Origin: an uncultured Candidatus Saccharibacteria bacterium
Lineage (GTDB): Bacteria; Patescibacteriota; Dojkabacteria; JAOAGR01
NCBI GenBank assembly: GCA_964503755.1
Contig: CAZDBO010000003.1
Location: 32,686 to 96,685, forward strand
Direction of reading: 5' to 3'
Length of the DNA stretch: 64,000 nucleotides
Part shown: piece by piece, positions 61,770 to 64,000 of the stretch
Position numbering within the stretch: position 1 is the first letter of the stretch
Layout: each line of letters begins with the position of its first letter
Notes under the pieces: generated by a model
The model's database searches: none
The model's input: the letters and a program-made list of their open reading frames with translations, nothing else
What the model was told of the DNA's origin: nothing
Program-made: the position numbers and the translations under genes

Positions 61770-62036
61770 AAACAGACTTATATTTTGGCTTCAAAATCTA
61801 CAGACATATAAAGTAAAAATTAGATTGGTTAATTATCTATTGTAAAAATGTCAGTTTGATTTAACAACCATTCAGAAACAAATTTAGTTTTTACAAAAGA
61901 ACAAATAAATCCGATATTTTAGAATGTCATATAACAACGTCCAATTGTATGATTAAATTAATTCCCCAAAAAAATACATATAAGTGGTAAAAGTTTAAAC
62001 AAAATCAAAACAAGTTTTTCCAAACAAATAAACAAG

Positions 62037-62507
62037 CTACCTCGTAAAATGAGCATATGTCTTATTAGCTTCTGCCATCTTGTGTACCTCATCTCTCTTC
62101 TTCAATACATCACCTTGATCGGTTAGTATATCAGCAAATTCTTTCAACAGATCTTTATCAAATGGTTGTCCTTTTCGTTTTCTTGCAAAATCGCGGATCC
62201 ATCTCATAGCTATCAAAAGTCCTTTTTGTCTCTCAACAGGGACAGGAACTTGTATATTTGCCCCTCCTACCCTTCTTGACTTAAGCATTACTGTAGGTCT
62301 AGATTTGTCTAAAATCTCTTCAAACAATTCTAAAGCGGGTTTATTTTGAGATTCTTCCAGTTGTTGTAATGCAGAATAAACAAGTTTTTGTGCAACTGTC
62401 TTTTTACCGTCACGCATTATTATATTTATAAACTTACTTACTAGTAAAGAGTTATATACTGGGTCCGGTTTGACTTCTCTTCTTTTTATATTGCTTTTTT
62501 TTCTCAT
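62037..62507 (-). CDS. rpsG: 30S ribosomal protein S7
   Basis: MRKKSNIKRREVKPDPVYNS...RDGKKTVAQKLVY... typical S7. Confidence 0.95.
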   Translation of the reverse strand: MRKKSNIKRREVKPDPVYNSLLVSKFINIIMRDGKKTVAQKLVYSALQQLEESQNKPALELFEEILDKSRPTVMLKSRRVGGANIQVPVPVERQKGLLIAMRWIRDFARKRKGQPFDKDLLKEFADILTDQGDVLKKRDEVHKMAEANKTYAHFTR

Positions 62508-62614
62508 ATTATTTTAATTTATTAGGTGCGTAAAAAATCACAAAACTTACTAAGCACCATTTTCTTCAGTTTTGCAGACGAATTATAACATAGAGAAATA
62601 GAATAATCCAATAA

Positions 62615-63259
62615 CTATTTTTCAAGAATATTTTTCTCAAAAGACTTTGATCTATTGTATAAGTACCAAGTTACCAAAATAAATACGAAAATTAATGTAG
62701 GTAAAAACATATCATTTATACCCGCATTTGGTGCTGTATTAGAAATATCCACACGAGCTTTAGTACAAATTTCTTCAGGTTCTATCAAACAAACCTCGTT
62801 TTCCGTATTTTGTCCCGGGTTATCTACTCTAACCTTGTAAGTAATGACTATACTTTGATTTGGATTTAGTTGTTGAATAGTATCCCCATCAAATTCCCAT
62901 CTAATAACGCTATCAGAATTAGTGACAGGCTCAAACGCTACCTCTTCACCTGAAGTTTTAATAAGTTTAGGTTCTCCACTATAAACAAATCCCTGAGGTA
63001 ATTTGTCCTCAACGATTTCCGGAGTTAAAGTTTCAGAAGTTGTAATATTTTTGATTGTTACAGAATAAATAACAGTACCTCCTCTAGCAACAGTTTGTGG
63101 TGAAACATTTTTCTCTATAGAAAATCTCGTTCCTGTAGCAAGGTCAGCATATGCGTAATAAGTACTAAACAAAAATAAAAATATCAAGATTAAAACAAAG
63201 AAAAATCGTTTTACAAAATCTATTTTATCAAATAAATCAATACCTAACATCACATTCAT
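62615..63259 (-). CDS. DUF11 (conserved repeat domain) surface protein with signal peptide and C-terminal TM anchor
   Basis: FSIEKNVSPQTVARGGTVIYSVTIKNITTSETLTPEIVEDKLPQGFVY is a classic DUF11 repeat; C-terminus ...FLPTLIFVFILVTWYLYNRSK. Confidence 0.7.
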   Translation of the reverse strand: MNVMLGIDLFDKIDFVKRFFFVLILIFLFLFSTYYAYADLATGTRFSIEKNVSPQTVARGGTVIYSVTIKNITTSETLTPEIVEDKLPQGFVYSGEPKLIKTSGEEVAFEPVTNSDSVIRWEFDGDTIQQLNPNQSIVITYKVRVDNPGQNTENEVCLIEPEEICTKARVDISNTAPNAGINDMFLPTLIFVFILVTWYLYNRSKSFEKNILEK

Positions 63260-63539
63260 ATTAGTATTTTTATAACTAAAAGTCTATAATATGCACAAAT
63301 CATGGAAATTCAAAAAATATTCAAAGAAAATAAAACAATAATCATTTCTGTATTTATATTTTTATTTCTTTAATTGTATTAGGTTTTTTGGTGGTATTTA
63401 TATTGTCAAACTACAAAGACAATCCAATATCCTCATTTTTTGGCCAAAATAATACATCCTCATTATTTAATGCAAATACAAACGTAGAGGTAGATGAAGA
63501 AAAAAAATATAACAACGCCTACAACAAAACCAAATTTAA

Positions 63540-64000
63540 ACATACCCAAGTGTTACACCAACCGTTAAAGAAAATACAATAACACCTACGACAGAATCAA
63601 ATTCCAATGATAATTTGAAGACTTCTTATAGTTTAAATTTGATGTTTAAATCAAAGAAAATCAATATTCAATATGATAAAGAGGCAGAATGGATATCAAA
63701 AGAGCCCAAAATAATCGTTGGTGACCAAGATGAGAAATTTTTGGATAAACAATACAACTTTATAGATATTGTCTATCTTCCAAGTGATGATACATACTAT
63801 TTCATCGACGTTTCTATCGTCAGATCTATTCGTCTAGTTGATACAGACTACAAATATCTTAATTCACCACAGACTATGCAATACACAAATCCCGCCGGCA
63901 CTGTAGAAATAAGCAAATGTACACCTGTCAAAACATTCTCTCAAAACATAAAAGCAGTTGAATGTGAATATTTCTATGTTCCCGTCAGTACAAACTCTCA
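63540..64000 (+). CDS. Partial hypothetical protein running off the window end
   Basis: Open frame from 63540 (first ATG 63642) to position 64000 without a stop; upstream 63388-63582 ORF is in another frame; the only A-run between them (A8 at 63504-63511) lies upstream of the downstream frame's in-frame stop at 63537-63539, so a simple homopolymer slip there does not join the two. Confidence 0.35.

Overview
This window is an AT-rich (about 27-33% GC) bacterial segment with compact gene organisation. It most resembles a small-genome, CPR/Patescibacteria-like organism using the standard code: TGA is used as a stop (rpmG), and large conserved genes (valS, pheT, fusA, nrdJ) are intact. It carries 8 tRNAs, ribosomal and translation genes, a split F-type ATP synthase, a peptidoglycan cluster, a class II RNR and many small membrane proteins. 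Four things stand out. (1) A roughly 5.5-kb block at about 6940-12470 has about 45-55% GC and typical Bacillaceae-like genes (5'-truncated metE, a hotdog thioesterase, glmS with its ribozyme, 5'-truncated glmM). Both borders fall mid-gene, so a chimeric contig or contaminant is more likely than horizontal transfer. (2) An S8 subtilisin with a C-terminal type-I dockerin sits next to a membrane-anchored cohesin-like protein, suggesting a minimal cohesin-dockerin surface system. (3) A sortase gene is present together with two DUF11 surface proteins, one about 1160 aa and Cys-rich, that carry C-terminal TM anchors. (4) ATP synthase is split (atpBEF-H'-AG on + at 29.7-33.9 kb; atpDC on - at 20.2-22.0 kb) and delta is reduced to its C-terminal domain. 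Other notes include a PheT with the tRNA-binding domain moved to the C-terminus, a ValRS with 'HIGN' and no C-terminal coiled coil, a degraded Ppx/GppA locus, a GC-rich noncoding patch upstream of pheA, and three near-leaderless promoters.
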